Assembly (NCBI GenBank): GCA_001949185.1
Contig: BDGG01000003.1
Span: forward strand, 5,143,092 to 5,207,091
Direction: 5' to 3'
Length of the DNA: 64,000 bases
DNA from: Ramazzottius varieornatus
Taxonomy: Eukaryota; Animalia; Tardigrada
This document shows, one piece after another, positions 50,439 to 64,000 of the stretch (its first letter is position 1; each line of letters begins with the position of its first letter). A program made the translations under genes and the position numbers. A model generated the notes under the pieces. It had not been told where the DNA came from. It saw only the letters and a program-made list of their open reading frames with translations, and searched no databases.

Positions 50439-53400
50439 CACCGGTCATGACATTAGCACCCAGACCCTTTGAACCTTGCTTCCTTCATCCTTAATACAGT
50501 ATACCTGTGGTCTATCTGTCATACGCTTGTAACGCGTCATTATCAAGAGCGTGCGCACATTATCCGCAAGTCTATTTATCCACTTAACTCTTCTGTTACA
50601 GTAGTTAGACTGATTTTGTGCGTATCGTTTTTTCAAACAGCGGTGGACTAGGGGGTTTCATTCATCTGTCCGTTGCTCGACAAAGTCCTCGGAACTTTAC
50701 TCAATATAAAATTGTTTAGACTGTTCGAGACAAGTAGTCATCCAATCGCGAGTTAATCATCGGCTTAATGTCGAGCCTGGCGAACAACAGGCACCTTGCA
50801 TTTTTCGACGAGAGCCTTAACCACTGACAACGTTACTGATAAGCAGGAAAAATAGCTATCGTCCGGTCAATCGTTTCTTGGCTTCCACTGTAAATCGAAA
50901 CTCCAAGCCTCTTTGTCTTTTCAGAGGGTCATTGCTTGATTGTGTTGATTCTCCATTGATTTTTGTTCGAATGATTACTTGATTCACCTTCATTACTTTG
51001 ATGATCAGGTCCAACCGGATTGACGATCGGGATGGCCGACTCGGTTCGGTTTTTCCTTGAATCCAGTCGCTCCAGAAGTTTAGCCCGGACCTACTGGACA
51101 GCTCGAGCCAACAAAAGATCGGGCCGAATCGGTGGCCGACTGGCATGCTGTCACGTCAGATGGGGTCCGACATAAGAGTCTGACACCTAGCCGCGTCATG
51201 TAAAAAACTTTTCTGTGGTGTCTTATGTCCACCTTCGTGGCCGTTCGATTATCCCGTTTATCCGAGAATTCCGGCCAACTTCCACAGGGCCACAATCTTT
51301 GTCGCTGCCCACTCCCGATCGCGTCTCGTCCAACGTGATGGTGCAACCGTTCTGGTGTCAGCATACCACCTGAAAACAGAAGCATTCGTTTACAAGAAAT
51401 TGTGGCTTTTCGCATCCGTCAAGGCGTCGACTAGCGAAGATATTATGTAAGTGAAAATTTACAAGTGCAAGATCTTGCGCGTGCGTCGGCCACCTACATA
51501 CATGCGCACAGCATGCGCTCGATCACGTATGCGCCGGTTGAGAAAAGTGTACTGTGGCTACAGCGCGCGGCCCCAACCAAAGTAGTGTAATGCTTCATAA
51601 ACTTCGCGAAGCACGCGATCATACGCCTACGGTTGAACCCCGGTCCGAAAAGTTTTCCCTACCAACCCCCTAAGGAATTTTTCGCGCGTATGATGACGTT
51701 TTTCAAGTTCATGAAGCATTGCTGTACGAAACAGACTTCCTTCGGTACTCGTGTCGTACTTTTCTTCTTGGGTTTCGGCGGGTCTCTCCAAGTGTTTTCC
51801 GGATCGTTCACATCGTTCTAGTATATTTCTACAAAGCACTAGCTGCGGTTCTAACCGCGTATTCTGAGATATGGGTGAGATATTTTTGGTCAAACTGTAG
51901 CGATGACTGTACGCTTAACTGTGACTTTCGTACCTTACCACTTTCAGTACGATGGTTTTCGTGTTTGCAGAATACTACCGTCCTCTTTGTGTATACAGGA
52001 ATTTGATTGGCTGGGCCAGCCCCATAGGGCCGGTCTAGCCAATAGCTAGCTACCCACGTCAAGTGGTACATGTTACCTATCAAATGCTATATGGCCAACG
52101 TTCACTTGATCGGGGTAACTCATTCTGAAATTTATTTCAGTAAATTCCCCGTTTACGCACATTCAACGCAGACCACAGTCGGAACAGTGTTCCTGTGATT
52201 AGTACAAACAGCGAGCTTACAGAAGGTACAGCTAATCCTACTTTTTCCTTCCGTTGAATGGTGGCAAAACCTACATCGTTGTGGCACTTTAGTCGGGTTG
52301 ACGACGGGAGGATTGTAATGGGCCACAATTTCAGGCGTCTCTTCGGGCTTCTCTTCCGTGACGTCATGAGCAACAAACTTGACGCAACTTAACGCAAACT
52401 TGACGCATGTTCTGGCTACTGCAGCGCACGACGTAACAGCTTCAGCAGGGTGAGTTAGACTGTGCAGTTCTTTCTATACCTCATTCGCAACTTACTGGGA
52501 AAGATGCATGGAGCTTAGCAGTACCACAGCTTTTCCTTTCTTTGGGACAAACGATACCAGAATGAAATCCGGAGTATGGCCAAAGTACGAAGAGCTGCTT
52601 CGTCGCTGCTTCGTCAATGAAAGAAACGAGTAAGGGCGGTAGGGTCAATCTGGAAAGAACACAACCACAATAAGACCCAGAACGATAAATTTATTCAGCT
52701 AGGTATGGTTTCCGGTCTATCTGCGCATTCGCTTACCCTTCCTTCTGAAAAGCAGCCTCCAGTTCTCTTTTAGCTTCCATCTCGTACGACACAACAAAGG
52801 CGGTAGTTCCTTCGAAAGACAGACTCCAATTCCGCTTGATATGAATCGAGAACAGAAGAGTGCGAAAAGACAGAAAATCTCGAGTAAAATGAGAACTGAA
52901 ATTTGGCAAACGTAACCAGGGATTTACCACCGGTGGTGGTGGTGCCGCTCGTCAGCGGTCACGCGGCGTCAGTAACGTTTGCTGGTTATTCGGACTTCCA
53001 TTTTTCTCCTAACCGCACAGTCGACTTCCATATTTGCCTGGTATTATTTTATGATATAGTGGGACATTGTCCATCTTGTGATGTTTTTTGAGAGGCTATG
53101 TTCAGCGTGGTTCGTGCAAATCAACGTAGACCTAACTACCATCGAAAACGGCGAGGCGAGAACAAATCCGTTCTGTTTTTCTGTAGATCGGTTGACCCAC
53201 GGTCACCGATACCCTTTTGGTGGCCACATCGCGGGTCAGGCAAACAGAAAAATCCCAGTCCAAAAGACCAAACGGGGAGACTTGGAGGAGAAGAAAACTG
53301 GGGCATTGTATACACAAAGAGGACGGTCGTACGCAGAGTGTTAAGAAACAACGGATATTCTCGATCTATCCGTTGCTTTCGGATTTTCCATAAAACTGCA

Positions 53401-55588
53401 GATTAACTGTGACTTTACCAGAATAAGCTCTCCGTCTCCAACTACAGCTTTCACCCACTTTGTTATCTCGACTTCACCTCCAACTGTGTCAGTTCTTACC
53501 AGATTATACGCGGTTTCTCAGCTTTGAGCAGGTGAAACTAAAACCTTCTGTTTCCGTTACTCACGAGGGACCCTTCAGACCATGTCATTCGCCGATATCA
53601 ACTGCGGAAAAAAGTTTCCCCGAAGAATTCGCTTTTCGTTGGTGGCAGCCCGTATGAGGTTCGAAACACCACTTTACACCTTCCGCAAGTGGAATGTGGA
53701 GTTTTCTTAGATAACGGACCAGTTTTTGGATCGTCTTGTGTAACGCTATACAGGCTATAACGCGGGTTCTACGGTGGACGAGGCACCTTCGGGATTTCCT
53801 TCAGTTCCAGGAAGTGGTTATCCGCCGGTCCTCCCGATACTTTGTAGAGAGCTAAGCGCCTCAGCTATCATATGAAAGCATCGGTTTCGTGATCGGCGAT
53901 TGACATGGTCTGAAGGGTCCCTCGTCAGTCAAAATGAAGATTTAGTTTACTTTGATATCTCGTTTCAAAGTGGTCCACACCCTGAGCTTGCTGGTGGCAT
54001 CTCTGAGAGGCTTGTTGAGAACAGGGTAGAAGTCTGGTCAACTTCCGGCTTGATTCCTCCTGTTCCTTGCTAGGGCTAGTTGCCAGGACATGAAGTGTTA
54101 TACGTTTTGTCCAGGATCGGTCGTGAGTTGGGGTAAAAGATCCTCGTCCAGCGAAGCCTAGACTATTGAGCCTGTTTTCTGTTGGGGAATACCTGCGTTC
54201 ACAGGGCGGGAGCCTTGTTGTCTGTCGGAGCAGAGCCGAGTACTTGTCGAGTAACACTAAACTTGCAGGAAGACCGACAGCTTTTTGAAGGTGTTACGTT
54301 GACTACATTAACCGAGAAGTTACGCAAATCGCATGCTTGATTAGCGTAAATCGCCCCACATGATCAGCTGGAAAAACTGGGTGGAGCTGAGCCTCTGCGC
54401 TAATTGGGTTTCTTGCGCCGCTCGGATTTCGTATCAACCTTTCTATTCTATCAAAATTTTCACGAGGAAATGGTTATAGGCAAAACCCCGTTTGCCTATA
54501 GGCAGCCCGATCGAAACCCTGTTTTACTTCTGATTTGCTACTGACACCCCCATTAATACAATAATTGGGAAATCTCCAATCCGGCACATGGCTGTCGATA
54601 CCCCGATCGGGAAGTTCGCCAGTAATGCGGAGCATGGTTTGCTCAGACCGAATAATTTTTTTCTGTGACATTGGTGGATGTAGTCTCAGGTACTCGTAGT
54701 CTCAGTTTGACAAGAACAGGGAAGTGATTTTGAAAACATTAATACCGTATTAAAGGGGTTTTNNNNNNNNNNNNNNNNNNNNNNNNNNNNNNNNNNNNNN
54801 NNNNNNNNNNNNTTCTCATGTTGGAGATGGAATCATTGATGAGCTGCTGAACAGCCCATTGCTGAGTTGATTGTCACACCCCGTTAAGCTGTAATCACCC
54901 CGGTTTAATTCGTTAATTCAAAATCCCCTTTAATGCGGTATTACTATTTTCACTTGAAAACTGCGGAAATTCAATGGTGGTCTGGAAATGTACGACAGAT
55001 GCATGTGTCTGAGTCTGGAGATTGTTTGATGATAACCGTGGCCCGGCCATTACCCCCACAAAACAAAGTCATGGAAAAATTTGTAAAAAATCAACGGTGA
55101 GCAAACTCAAAAATTCGGCTTCGTTACCCACTTCTCCGTATTCGCTACTATCCACGGTCGATTTTGGGTTATGATTGATATTATGATTCTTGAGAACTTG
55201 TCTGGACAAAAAACCAAATGATAATAGTATATTTAAATTAGGACACAAATTTGGACAGGGTGGTACAAAGTGGGGGTCGGAAATCTCGTCAGCTGAATTT
55301 TACCGGTAGCGGGATATCAGGAGCCGTTCTCGACTTCCTGAGGCGGCCAAGTTGTTGCACAAAGGTTTCTAAGGACTAAGGCCGAACAGAAATGCGCAAA
55401 AAATGTACGGTGAACTGGCCGAGACCTGATTAAAGTGATCGGCATCGGCAGATGAAACAGCGCTTAGGAGGGTGGACAAATCAGTGTGAGTTAAAGTGCG
55501 AGGACTATTTGCCAAACACCTCCTACTTTGCTGAGACGGACTATAGCGACGACTGCGCACCAAGACTGCGCTCTTGAGCTGACCACAC

Positions 55589-56856
55589 CTAGATATTGCA
55601 ATAATGTCCACCGTCTACCCTGAGATGTACTCCGGAAACAAAACGCGCTCGGTCGGAAAGAAGATAAATGACAGCGTTCACCACGTCTTCAACCTCTACA
55701 AGAGGACGAAACTGATTTCTTCAAATACATTAAATCAGTGGTACGCGTACAGGAGGCACTCAAAACAACGCCTTACCGCCCATCTCGGGTCCAAGTGGAA
55801 TTCTGTTCAGGATGCATGCAAACGCTGGCGAGCTCGCCATCGGCTTTGTCATCTCGGTAGCAATGAACGTTGGCTGCACGGAATTCACTCTGATCTGTCA
55901 AAAAATACGTCTTCAGTATTGCGAACTAACGTGATGACTAATTCGGGCAAGATGGCCAAGATCAAAGTATGGCTGAAAAACCTTATTTGGTCCAAGCTCC
56001 AGCGCCATGCTTCGTGTTAGGCTGTCCAGTGCCGCTTTTGACGCAGAGTAGCAACCCATTCCCGCACCCCCAGCAACTGACGCCAAACTTGCAATGTTCA
56101 CGATAGACCCGGGGCACTTCCTTTCCGTCATCGATTTGGCGACAACCTACGAGAGTTTTCTGTCGCTTCTCCGTGCAAGAGGCCAGCACAACCCGTAAAG
56201 AGCTATTCCAGCTTTTAAGTACACAGTACCTGTGAGACGTTCAGTGCACTCCGCGTGTTGATGTTGATCGTCCTGCACAGCATATCCGGAAGAGAAAGGT
56301 TTCGCCGCGACGAATTTAAAGAAAACAAGACAAACTTTACCTGTCGAAAGCTTCAGGTGTGATGGATAAAAACTTTTGCTGAATAACTATTCCGACATTG
56401 TTCACCAATAAGTCAGTGGGTAGGAGGGAAGAAACCACCTCGTAGGTGGCGTCCCAGTCGGACAAGTCGACGCATCTCGCGTGGATGTTGTTGTAACCCT
56501 GTGACAGGATGTTGATCAATCACCGAAAAATAAAGCAGGAAGTGGAGATAATACCAACGCTGCACTATTCATACCAAGGAGGCAGCGTCTGCTTTGAGTT
56601 GCTCCAGATCTGGTACGGAATTGTCCAGTACGAAAACTTCCGCATTGAGCTGCGCCAGTTTCAAGGTAATTCCTCGACCGATGCCTACATGTTTACATAG
56701 AAGCTTCCAAGGCGATCGATGGCACAACAAGAGGACTTTTGACTTACCTCTAGCTCCTCCGGTGACGAGCGCTCGCCTTCCTACGAAGTTGGCAGATAAA
56801 TTTGAACCGCTTGAATCATCGGAGTTGAAAGCAGTGGGATCATGAATTTGCTCCAT
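55589..56856 (-). CDS. Short-chain dehydrogenase/reductase, L-xylulose reductase (DCXR)-like
   Basis: ALVTGGARG|IGRG (TGxxxGIG), LLVNNVG, SIVNIAS, CYSASKAALD (YxxxK), IRVNSVQP, VSGVHLRVDGG; multi-exon. Confidence 0.9.
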
Positions 56857-57175
56857 ATTCAAAATCGGAAGTGGATCGAATGAACTACACGGAAATACGT
56901 TCAGCGCCTAGCTTGACTTTTGCTGATAAAACGAGACGTATGAGAAAATTACGTTTGTTTGACGACACTACGAGCAACACTGGCCACTTCCTTATCGTCC
57001 AGCTTATCTAGTCCAGAGTCCAGGTGTGCGGTTGATCCTTTAATCCCAGTGCTCAAATTGCAAATTTGATCTAGCTTGTAACCACCTTACATCTATCCGT
57101 CTACTGTCCGGAGCCTATACTTTCTCCAAGTAAATCAAAACGAGCATTCGCATGAGGAAAAGCCGCAAGACGAGA

Positions 57176-58566
57176 TTAGATACGCGAATACTGAGCGCCA
57201 TCGATACGGAGGTGTACACCAGAGACGAACCTAGACTGGTCAGAAAGCAGGAATACAACAGCATCCACCACGTCTTCGATTTCTGCAGCGAAAATATGGG
57301 TATGGCGTGTCGGTTGGAAGGTTGCTTATCCGCCACGGTACTTTGCTGTAAAAACAAGACGTCTTACCGCCCATTTTGCCTCCGAGTGGGATCGAGGTCG
57401 AGTAGGTCTCCATAGCCGGCACACCAGCTAGCGGCTTGGTTCCTTCCGTCGATATGAACGTTGGCTGGACAGAATTCACCCGTATCTGCGTAGAAGAAGA
57501 AAGAGAACCATGTTGCAGTCACCAACGGTGCTACGAAGATGTTACGGTGGCACGTACTTTATAAGGTCCAAGCTCGTGAGCCTTGCTCCTTGCTATGCTG
57601 TCAAGAGCCGCCTTAGCTGCCGAGTAGCATCCCATCCCGCGATCGCCGGCCACCGAAGCCAGACTGGAGATGTTGACGGCAGAACCGTGACTTCCTCTTT
57701 CCATCATCGCCCTGGCTACAATCTATAAGAAGGCAACACCTCTTCAGTACTTACGTACTCTGAGATATGCGTCGAAAATCTTACCTGGGAGATATTCAGT
57801 GCAGATTTGACGTCGATGCTCATTACCCTGTAAAATTTAGATAGAGGAAACTGACAAGTCCACGACAACTGGCGTTCGACCGATGACATAGAAAAACGAA
57901 CCGAGGCTGCCGTACAACAGCGCCACACGCAGTGACGTCCTGCGCCAGTATCAAACAATCATACCACCTGTTGTTCCTTTCGAATTTGCATGATTGATGC
58001 GGAATATTATTCGTCCAGTCGAACAAAGCTTATTTGTCGAAAGCATCTGGTGTGATGTCCAAGAAATTCTGGTGGTTGACTATGCCAACATTATTGACCA
58101 CCATGTCGATAGATGGGAAGCAATCAACCTGGAAGTTGCATTCCAGTCGGTCAAGTCGATGCGCTCCGTATGAATGTTACTGTGTCCCTGTGTAATGAAA
58201 CTTTCGCATATACTCAGCGAAACTGCAGATTGAGTGGATTCTGAAGACGAAGAAGAGACGTTCTGATTCGATCTTACCCAATAGTCGGTATATTCTTTGA
58301 GTTTGTTCAAGTCATGCAAGCAGTTATCCAGGACGAACACTTCGGCGTCGAGCTCGGCAAGCTTCACAGCTATGCCTCGTCCGATATCTACAAAAACACC
58401 ACCCAAACCAAGAAGGAAGACGGCAGTAGTGACAAGCTAAGGCATTGCGCAAACCTTTCGCACCGCCTGTAACCAATATCCGCTTCCTCTCGAAGAAGGA
58501 GGAGTAAGCTGGAGTAGCAAGGCTTAGCGCCTCGATATCCATCGGCTTTCCAGTGTCCCAGTCCAT
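57176..58566 (-). pseudogene. Tandem DCXR-like SDR paralog, probably disrupted
   Basis: ILVTGGAKG, CYSAAKAALD and VNSVQP are present. There is a frameshift between 'IASHL' and 'IDMVVNNVG' (~58110), and the donor after 'DAFD' reads ATAAGC instead of GTAAG. Confidence 0.72.
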
Positions 58567-58967
58567 AAGTTCCGCATACGCAGCCGTTTATTTCGTATCC
58601 AGTTTAGAGGACGACCAGTGATAACGAACTGTTATAGGAAATAGAAACTACCTGCTGGGCTTCTTTCGAATCTTCGACTGATACAACAAAAGGCGCAAAA
58701 TGCGAACGATTGGTAAGACGATGGTGTGACTGCGTTTCAGTTAGGCTGCGTGTGACTTAGGATTCCCCAGTCGGCTTGCCACGAGAAAAATCATCCTGAC
58801 ATTTCGGTGCGCCGCTTGATGCAGACGGCTCGTTTGCTACCAGTGGATCGCATCCGTGTTTGCGACTGTTTCGGGGTGTGTACGACGACATAGTGACAAT
58901 GTTCAACTCCGCTTTTCAGTTCTCCATCGGTTTGTGGGTTCGCCTACTTTATCTAGCCTTCGACGTA

Positions 58968-59621
58968 CACGCACGATGGGTAAGTATGGGACAGGTCTTT
59001 TCGCTACGGCGGCACGGGCAGGTGATTCTTACTAGAAGTGAAAACCAGCACTGAATGCTGCTTTGCTGTACTTACTTGTTGAGTATCAGGCCAAGGAGCT
59101 GAAGATGTCGATTTATAACAGCAAATAGATCTCTGTTTCGCCGAAACAACCGTACTTTCAACAGCTACAGGAGCATATCATGCCAAACATAGAATCTCTA
59201 GTCACAACAGGACTCGGAATTTAAAGTTATTGAATCAAACGAGGTATCTAATGCAGTTTTGTCTTGCTGAGCCGTGAACGTTTTTTCGGAGAACTGGTAC
59301 CGGCGCACTCGTATCGGTAGGCGCCAGAAAACACTTGGAAGGCTGGGATATTATGGAAACAGAAACGACATGGATTACAAAACGATATGAATCCTAGTGC
59401 GTCTCTGGAAGAAAGTAAATAAACAATCGGCAGCCTCGAAGGGAAAGTAAAACTGCGGATCGGCTGATGGATACTGTCCATCACAATTTTCTACGGTTAA
59501 ATTTCAATGCGTTAAGTAATATGCTCGATTGTCACTGCTGGCTCGCATTCAGGATGTAAATTTGCCATCCTTTCCGCCTGTCCCATACTTTTTACTATCC
59601 CATACTTACCCATCGTGCGTG
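58968..59621. mobile_element. Tc1/mariner-type non-autonomous element, TA TSD
   Basis: TA|cacgcacgatgggtaagtatggga ... tcccatacttacccatcgtgcgtg|TA, with perfect 24-bp TIRs. Confidence 0.88.
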
Positions 59622-60249
59622 TACTGATGTCTGGTGGTGCTAGTGCGTCAGGTTGGGCTGTGTTACACCAGAAAACACGGAAAGAGTTCGGTTCGGCTCT
59701 CCGAGCCAAGGCCATACACATTTAGAAGTCGCCTGCTAAATGGAATTAACATTAGATGGTGCACCGCTGGCGGCTCCAGTGCTGGTCGATCGCTGCAAGT
59801 ACTCAACCAGGAAGTGGAGGCATGTGTGAAGGCATATCGCGATAAACCTTTGATCCCTGAGTTTCGGATACTGGCTTAGACTAATCTTGATTGAACTTCA
59901 GCAGACGATAAGTCAAGAAAGGAGCTTATCGTTTTGTACGGAAAAAACTGCAAAATCATCGTGCATATGGCACATCTGCTTGGAGTACTTGCCTGGGGCA
60001 TTTGCTTGGAGTCGAATTCGAAGCCTGTCGCAAACCAACTGTTTCGAACAACACATTATCTAACGATTGTGACAGCGCAATAAAGGCCGAGCGTACACAT
60101 CGAACTTCACGTTTTGGAAAGCCAGCGCGAAACTTGAAGTCACGTTCCCCGTTCAAAGCTTATGAAGGGTGATTTTGCTTCAACTGAAAGCGCTTGTGGT
60201 GACCTGATTATTGTATCCGTTGTCGGTACTTGCTCGGATCTCTTCGAAG

Positions 60250-61107
60250 ATGGCGCCACACGTTAAGCTGACTTATTTCAATGGTCGACAACGGGGAGAA
60301 GTTATCCGATGGATTCTATCCTATGGCGGACAGGAATTTACGGACAACCGTATCGATTTTGGTGAATGGTTTAAGGATCGAGAAGCTAGCAAGGCCAAAA
60401 CTCCACTGGGAAACGTTCCGTACATCGAAGTGGACGGCAAGCGTCTCGGCCAAAGTCACGCCATTGGACGTTATCTGGCTCGACAAAATGGCTGCGCAGG
60501 ACAAGTATAATACATGGAGCAACCATTCCTTCAATCGTTTTCTTGCTTTTACTAGCGTCGAAAAACGTGTTCCCCACAATAAAGCTTTCAAGAGGTGCAA
60601 CATATGCGCAATCTGATGTTTCGTTTCAGAATCCTTGGGAAGAAGCAGAAGTGGATGCAATTGTCGATTTCACCGAAGGTAAACGAATCCAAGGTTTACT
60701 GCATTCTAGTCTGATTTGTCTTCAAATGTTTGGTTAGTTTGGTCGTCCAACCGCTCTCCTCTGCAGACGTCTATCAGAAGTTTCTAAACTGGTTACGCGC
60801 TGAACTCATATTCAAGGATCCGAAAGCGGACGAAATAAAGAAACAGTTCGTGAGTGTCGATGCCGTACCCTACTTGAAGAAGTTCGAGGAACTCGTTCAA
60901 GGAAACCAGAATGGACAAGCTTTCATTGCTGGCAGTGGACCGACATGGGCCGACTTTACAGTGGTCGCCTTCCTGGATGAGGTCATTGAAATGGTGGAAC
61001 CCACGATACTTGACTCGTATCCCGCTCTCAGCTCCTACGTGGCTCGCGTGCATAACCTGAAAGGCATCAAACAATGGTTGGCGAAACGTCCTGTAACACA
61101 ATACTAG
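60250..61107 (+). CDS. Sigma-class glutathione S-transferase
   Basis: Exons 60250-60504, 60630-60678 and 60767-61107. Motifs KLTYFNGRQRGEVIRWIL, TPLGNVPYIEVDG, QSHAIGRYLA, PTWADF, WLAKRP. Confidence 0.95.
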
Positions 61108-61918
61108 GTACCTTGTCGGGTTCTTTGCTAGGCTGTCGCTGTACACGCACGAAGGCGAAGTCTGGACCCGACAGAAAAGACGGCAAAGTGAGAATTCAAC
61201 CGTGTGGGAAAAATTGTCGGAAAGTGCATTGGTGTGAATTACGCATGTACGTTCGCACATCCGTTCCGCTGTTTCGGAATCGCTGGTCCATACTTCGTCT
61301 TCGTGCGTGCACTGACTTTTCATCGTTTACATTATGCGTCATGGTTTTTCCCATATTTATAGAACGAACCGCAGTCTACCGCCATGCGCAAGTTCAGTAA
61401 GCTAACGCAATCTTTTTTAGCAACCGGCGGATTTAAACAGGCCATCGAATTTGAATCTGTTCATACATATAAACACTACAACCGTACAGTACAAAGAGGT
61501 TCAAACCGCTCGCTTGTCGCACACATCTGTGGCGATGTCCAAAGACTTCTCGCGAGAAACTTTTGCGAAGGTCCTTAGCGAGCAGATCGAACGAGCAATC
61601 TTTTCCCGTAATGCCGTAAGCTGCAGTATAGCACGAAGTGTTCCGGGTGATTAACACGATATCTTCGAAGTAGTAAACCTTCGACATCAGTCGGATAAGC
61701 TCGTGACAGAAAGTGTACCGGTTCAACCTTCAGCTTCTCCCTAGCATGCGGTGCTCCACACTATACCAGTCGAAGACTATTAACTTTACGGGAAGCTGAA
61801 TTTAAGCCCGGACCTCGGACTCATCCGCATGCATCACGCGGATTGCCCATTGCACACCTTGATCGACCTCGCGAGTCGTTTGCAAGACTTTTGCGGGCGG
61901 GACACTCCGCGCTTTGAA

Positions 61919-62714
61919 ATGTCTCACCAGATTACATTGACGTACTTCAACTGGCGACAAAGAGGAGAAGTCATCCGGTGGATATTGGCGTACAGTGGAC
62001 AGGAGTTTACTGACAACCGTATTGAACTGGAAGAATGGGTGAAAGCCCTCATGGACAACAGGTCTAAAGCCCCACTGGGTCAGATTCCTTACATCGAAGT
62101 GGACGGTAGAGCTCTCGGCCAAAGCCATGCCATCGGACGCTACTTAGCTCGACAATATAGCTGTGCCGGACAGGTTCGTTCTTCTTCTTCTGCATGGAAG
62201 ACCACACTTGAATACCCACGAATTCTCAATTTCTTTGCAGGATCCGTGGGAACAGGCGGAGGTAGATGCCATTGTTGACTTTAGCGAAGGTAATTTTCTC
62301 GCTCTCAAACTATGACATTCCTATTCCCTTGGGCGCCATTTATGTAACGGCTCCGTATCAGATCTCGTTTCTTTGACAGATGCGTACAACCCGTTCACGG
62401 ACTGGCTACGAACTAAATTTGTCTTCGGAAAGCTGGAGAAGGCTAATGAGTTGCAACAACAGTACCTGTCGTCGCACATTCCGCCGTATCTGAAGAAGTT
62501 CGACCAGCTTATCAGGGACGGGAAAGGATTTGCTGTTGGTGAAGGACCTACGTGGGCTGACTTTACCATGGTCGCGTTCCTGGACGAAGTAGTCACCTTG
62601 ATGGAACCGAAGTTGCTTGATGGCTATGCCACACTCCACGATTACGTAGACCGTATCCATAACCTGAAAGGTATAAAGGAATGGTTAACCAGGCGGCCCA
62701 TAACCACGCTGTAG
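61919..62714 (+). CDS. Sigma-class glutathione S-transferase (tandem paralog)
   Basis: Exons 61919-62173, 62241-62289 and 62380-62714, with the same intron positions and motifs as the upstream GST. Confidence 0.95.
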
Positions 62715-62858
62715 TTTTCTATCGTATAATAGTCCTGTCCGTTGTTTTGCGCACGAATAGGAAGTTTCCTGAGAGCACCCAGGTGAATCTACAGCTGACT
62801 TGCATCTCTCGGAACGCAGAAGTAAAAACAGTGATATTATAAGTCTAACATATGCGCA

Positions 62859-63084
62859 CAGGAGGAGTAAGCATGTGTGACCCAGTGAGGAAATGTGTGA
62901 CCCAGTAGTCTCAGACGGCGCATCCATAGAAAAGCACGAGACACTCGTAATTAAAATGAAGCCTATGACGTAACGGATTACAGTGTTGTCTATCTTACAT
63001 AAAAAGTGTTTCTGTTAACGTAATGCATACTTGATACATGTCACGCCGTCTGAGACTACTGGGTCACACATGCTTACTCCTCCT
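62859..63084. mobile_element. MITE
   Basis: caggaggagtaagcatgtgtgacccagt ... actgggtcacacatgcttactcctcctg|TA. Confidence 0.85.
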
Positions 63085-63714
63085 GTACACTAGTTAGTAG
63101 TATCCTTCTTCGGCCACTTTCTGCAACACTTCATCGATGAGGAACTGTAGTTCACAGACATCATGATCGGTTCCGTCACGGATGTTGCCTGATGTTGCGG
63201 ATGTTGCCTGATGTCAAACAGTAGAAACGATGCTTAAAATACTATCAATTGCGCAGTTTCAATCCCTTTCCGCATTTCAGTCCCATTTTAATTGCAGTTT
63301 GGCCTAATTTTAATTATCTATTTTATTATCCCACCATCCAGCCAATTTTACTATAATTTCACTGTATAGTAAAATCCGTCGGCTGGGTTTGGCAATCTTA
63401 ATTATGGTAGTAAAATTTAAAACAGCCGGTTTTCGGCCATTTTCAATCATCTATTACAATCATTAAAATAACACTACTACCTGTGGAATGTGACAATTGC
63501 TTCTTCTGCAACCGAACAGCGTTTCTGCACGAGACTGCACTGCGCAGCACGATCAGCTGATCGACGTCCGGTTACGCCTTGACTTGATCAAGTAATCAAG
63601 CGCGTGTCTGATCGGCTGATCGATTTCATGCGAACAGCATGGCAAGCAACTTCGTGCATACATGAACCGTCCGGATCTGATTTCGGGCGTTTGAACTGTC
63701 ACATCTCACAGGTA

Positions 63715-64000
63715 TGACTGTATCAGGATCCGAGAACGACAGAGGGACTTCAAACGTCAGACAACAATGCTTCCAAGAACCGCCAAGCCTTTCATCCTCA
63801 TGTTTCAAAGTACCTTTACGTGTATCTAGCCCATCTAGAATAAAAGAAGCGTCTTCGATGTAGCAATGCCAGACGACTATCAATCGCACAGTACCGAAAC
63901 TCTTCATCAAAACTGCAAGCGGCACATACAAGGGAAGAGAATGAAAAGCTCAGAGACGGAAGAAAGTTGAAAAAGATGATCACAATCAAGCAATGAAATG
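63715..64000 (-). repeat. Inverted copy of the sequence downstream of MROH1 (10106-10410) and of 12625-12785
   Basis: The reverse complement of 63840-64000 is essentially identical to 10106-10267; the remainder resembles 10300-10410 and 12680-12785. Confidence 0.9.

Noticed and set aside
53750-53910. Third neprilysin remnant (YESIGFVIGD*HG)
   Set aside because: The match is only about 10 residues and the flanks are not convincingly alignable.
58790-58830. Additional dyad copy (gtgcgccgcttga)
   Set aside because: Only a right half-site is present, with no partner 27 nt upstream; not counted.

Overview
Eukaryotic, intron-containing animal DNA with mostly compact introns and three 50-N gaps (9665-9714, 22446-22495, 54763-54812). 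Gene style and families suggest a tardigrade-like invertebrate, which is an inference only. Gene order: USP12/46 (-), then MROH1/HEATR7A-like (+) head-to-head with it. A rearranged duplicated block follows, with two broken caspase-activated DNase (CAD/DFF40)-like nuclease domains. Then come a secreted M13 neprilysin, a divergent histone H3 remnant and a catalytically dead 3' copy of the neprilysin. Two long NPR/receptor-guanylyl-cyclase-like ectodomain+TM genes lack kinase and cyclase domains. The window ends with two DCXR-like SDRs (one probably a pseudogene) and two sigma-class GSTs. There are many non-autonomous DNA transposons (hAT, Tc1/mariner, Mutator-like). The most striking signal is a dispersed dyad, GTGGCGCA-N27-TGCGCCAC. 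I count 23 copies, all between about 3.1 and 26.8 kb; 21 have exactly a 27-nt spacer although the spacer sequences are strongly diverged. It occupies every long MROH1 intron and also sits inside both TIRs of a Pack-MULE-like element with a 9-bp TSD. All homology calls are from manual translation and remembered family motifs; no searches were run.
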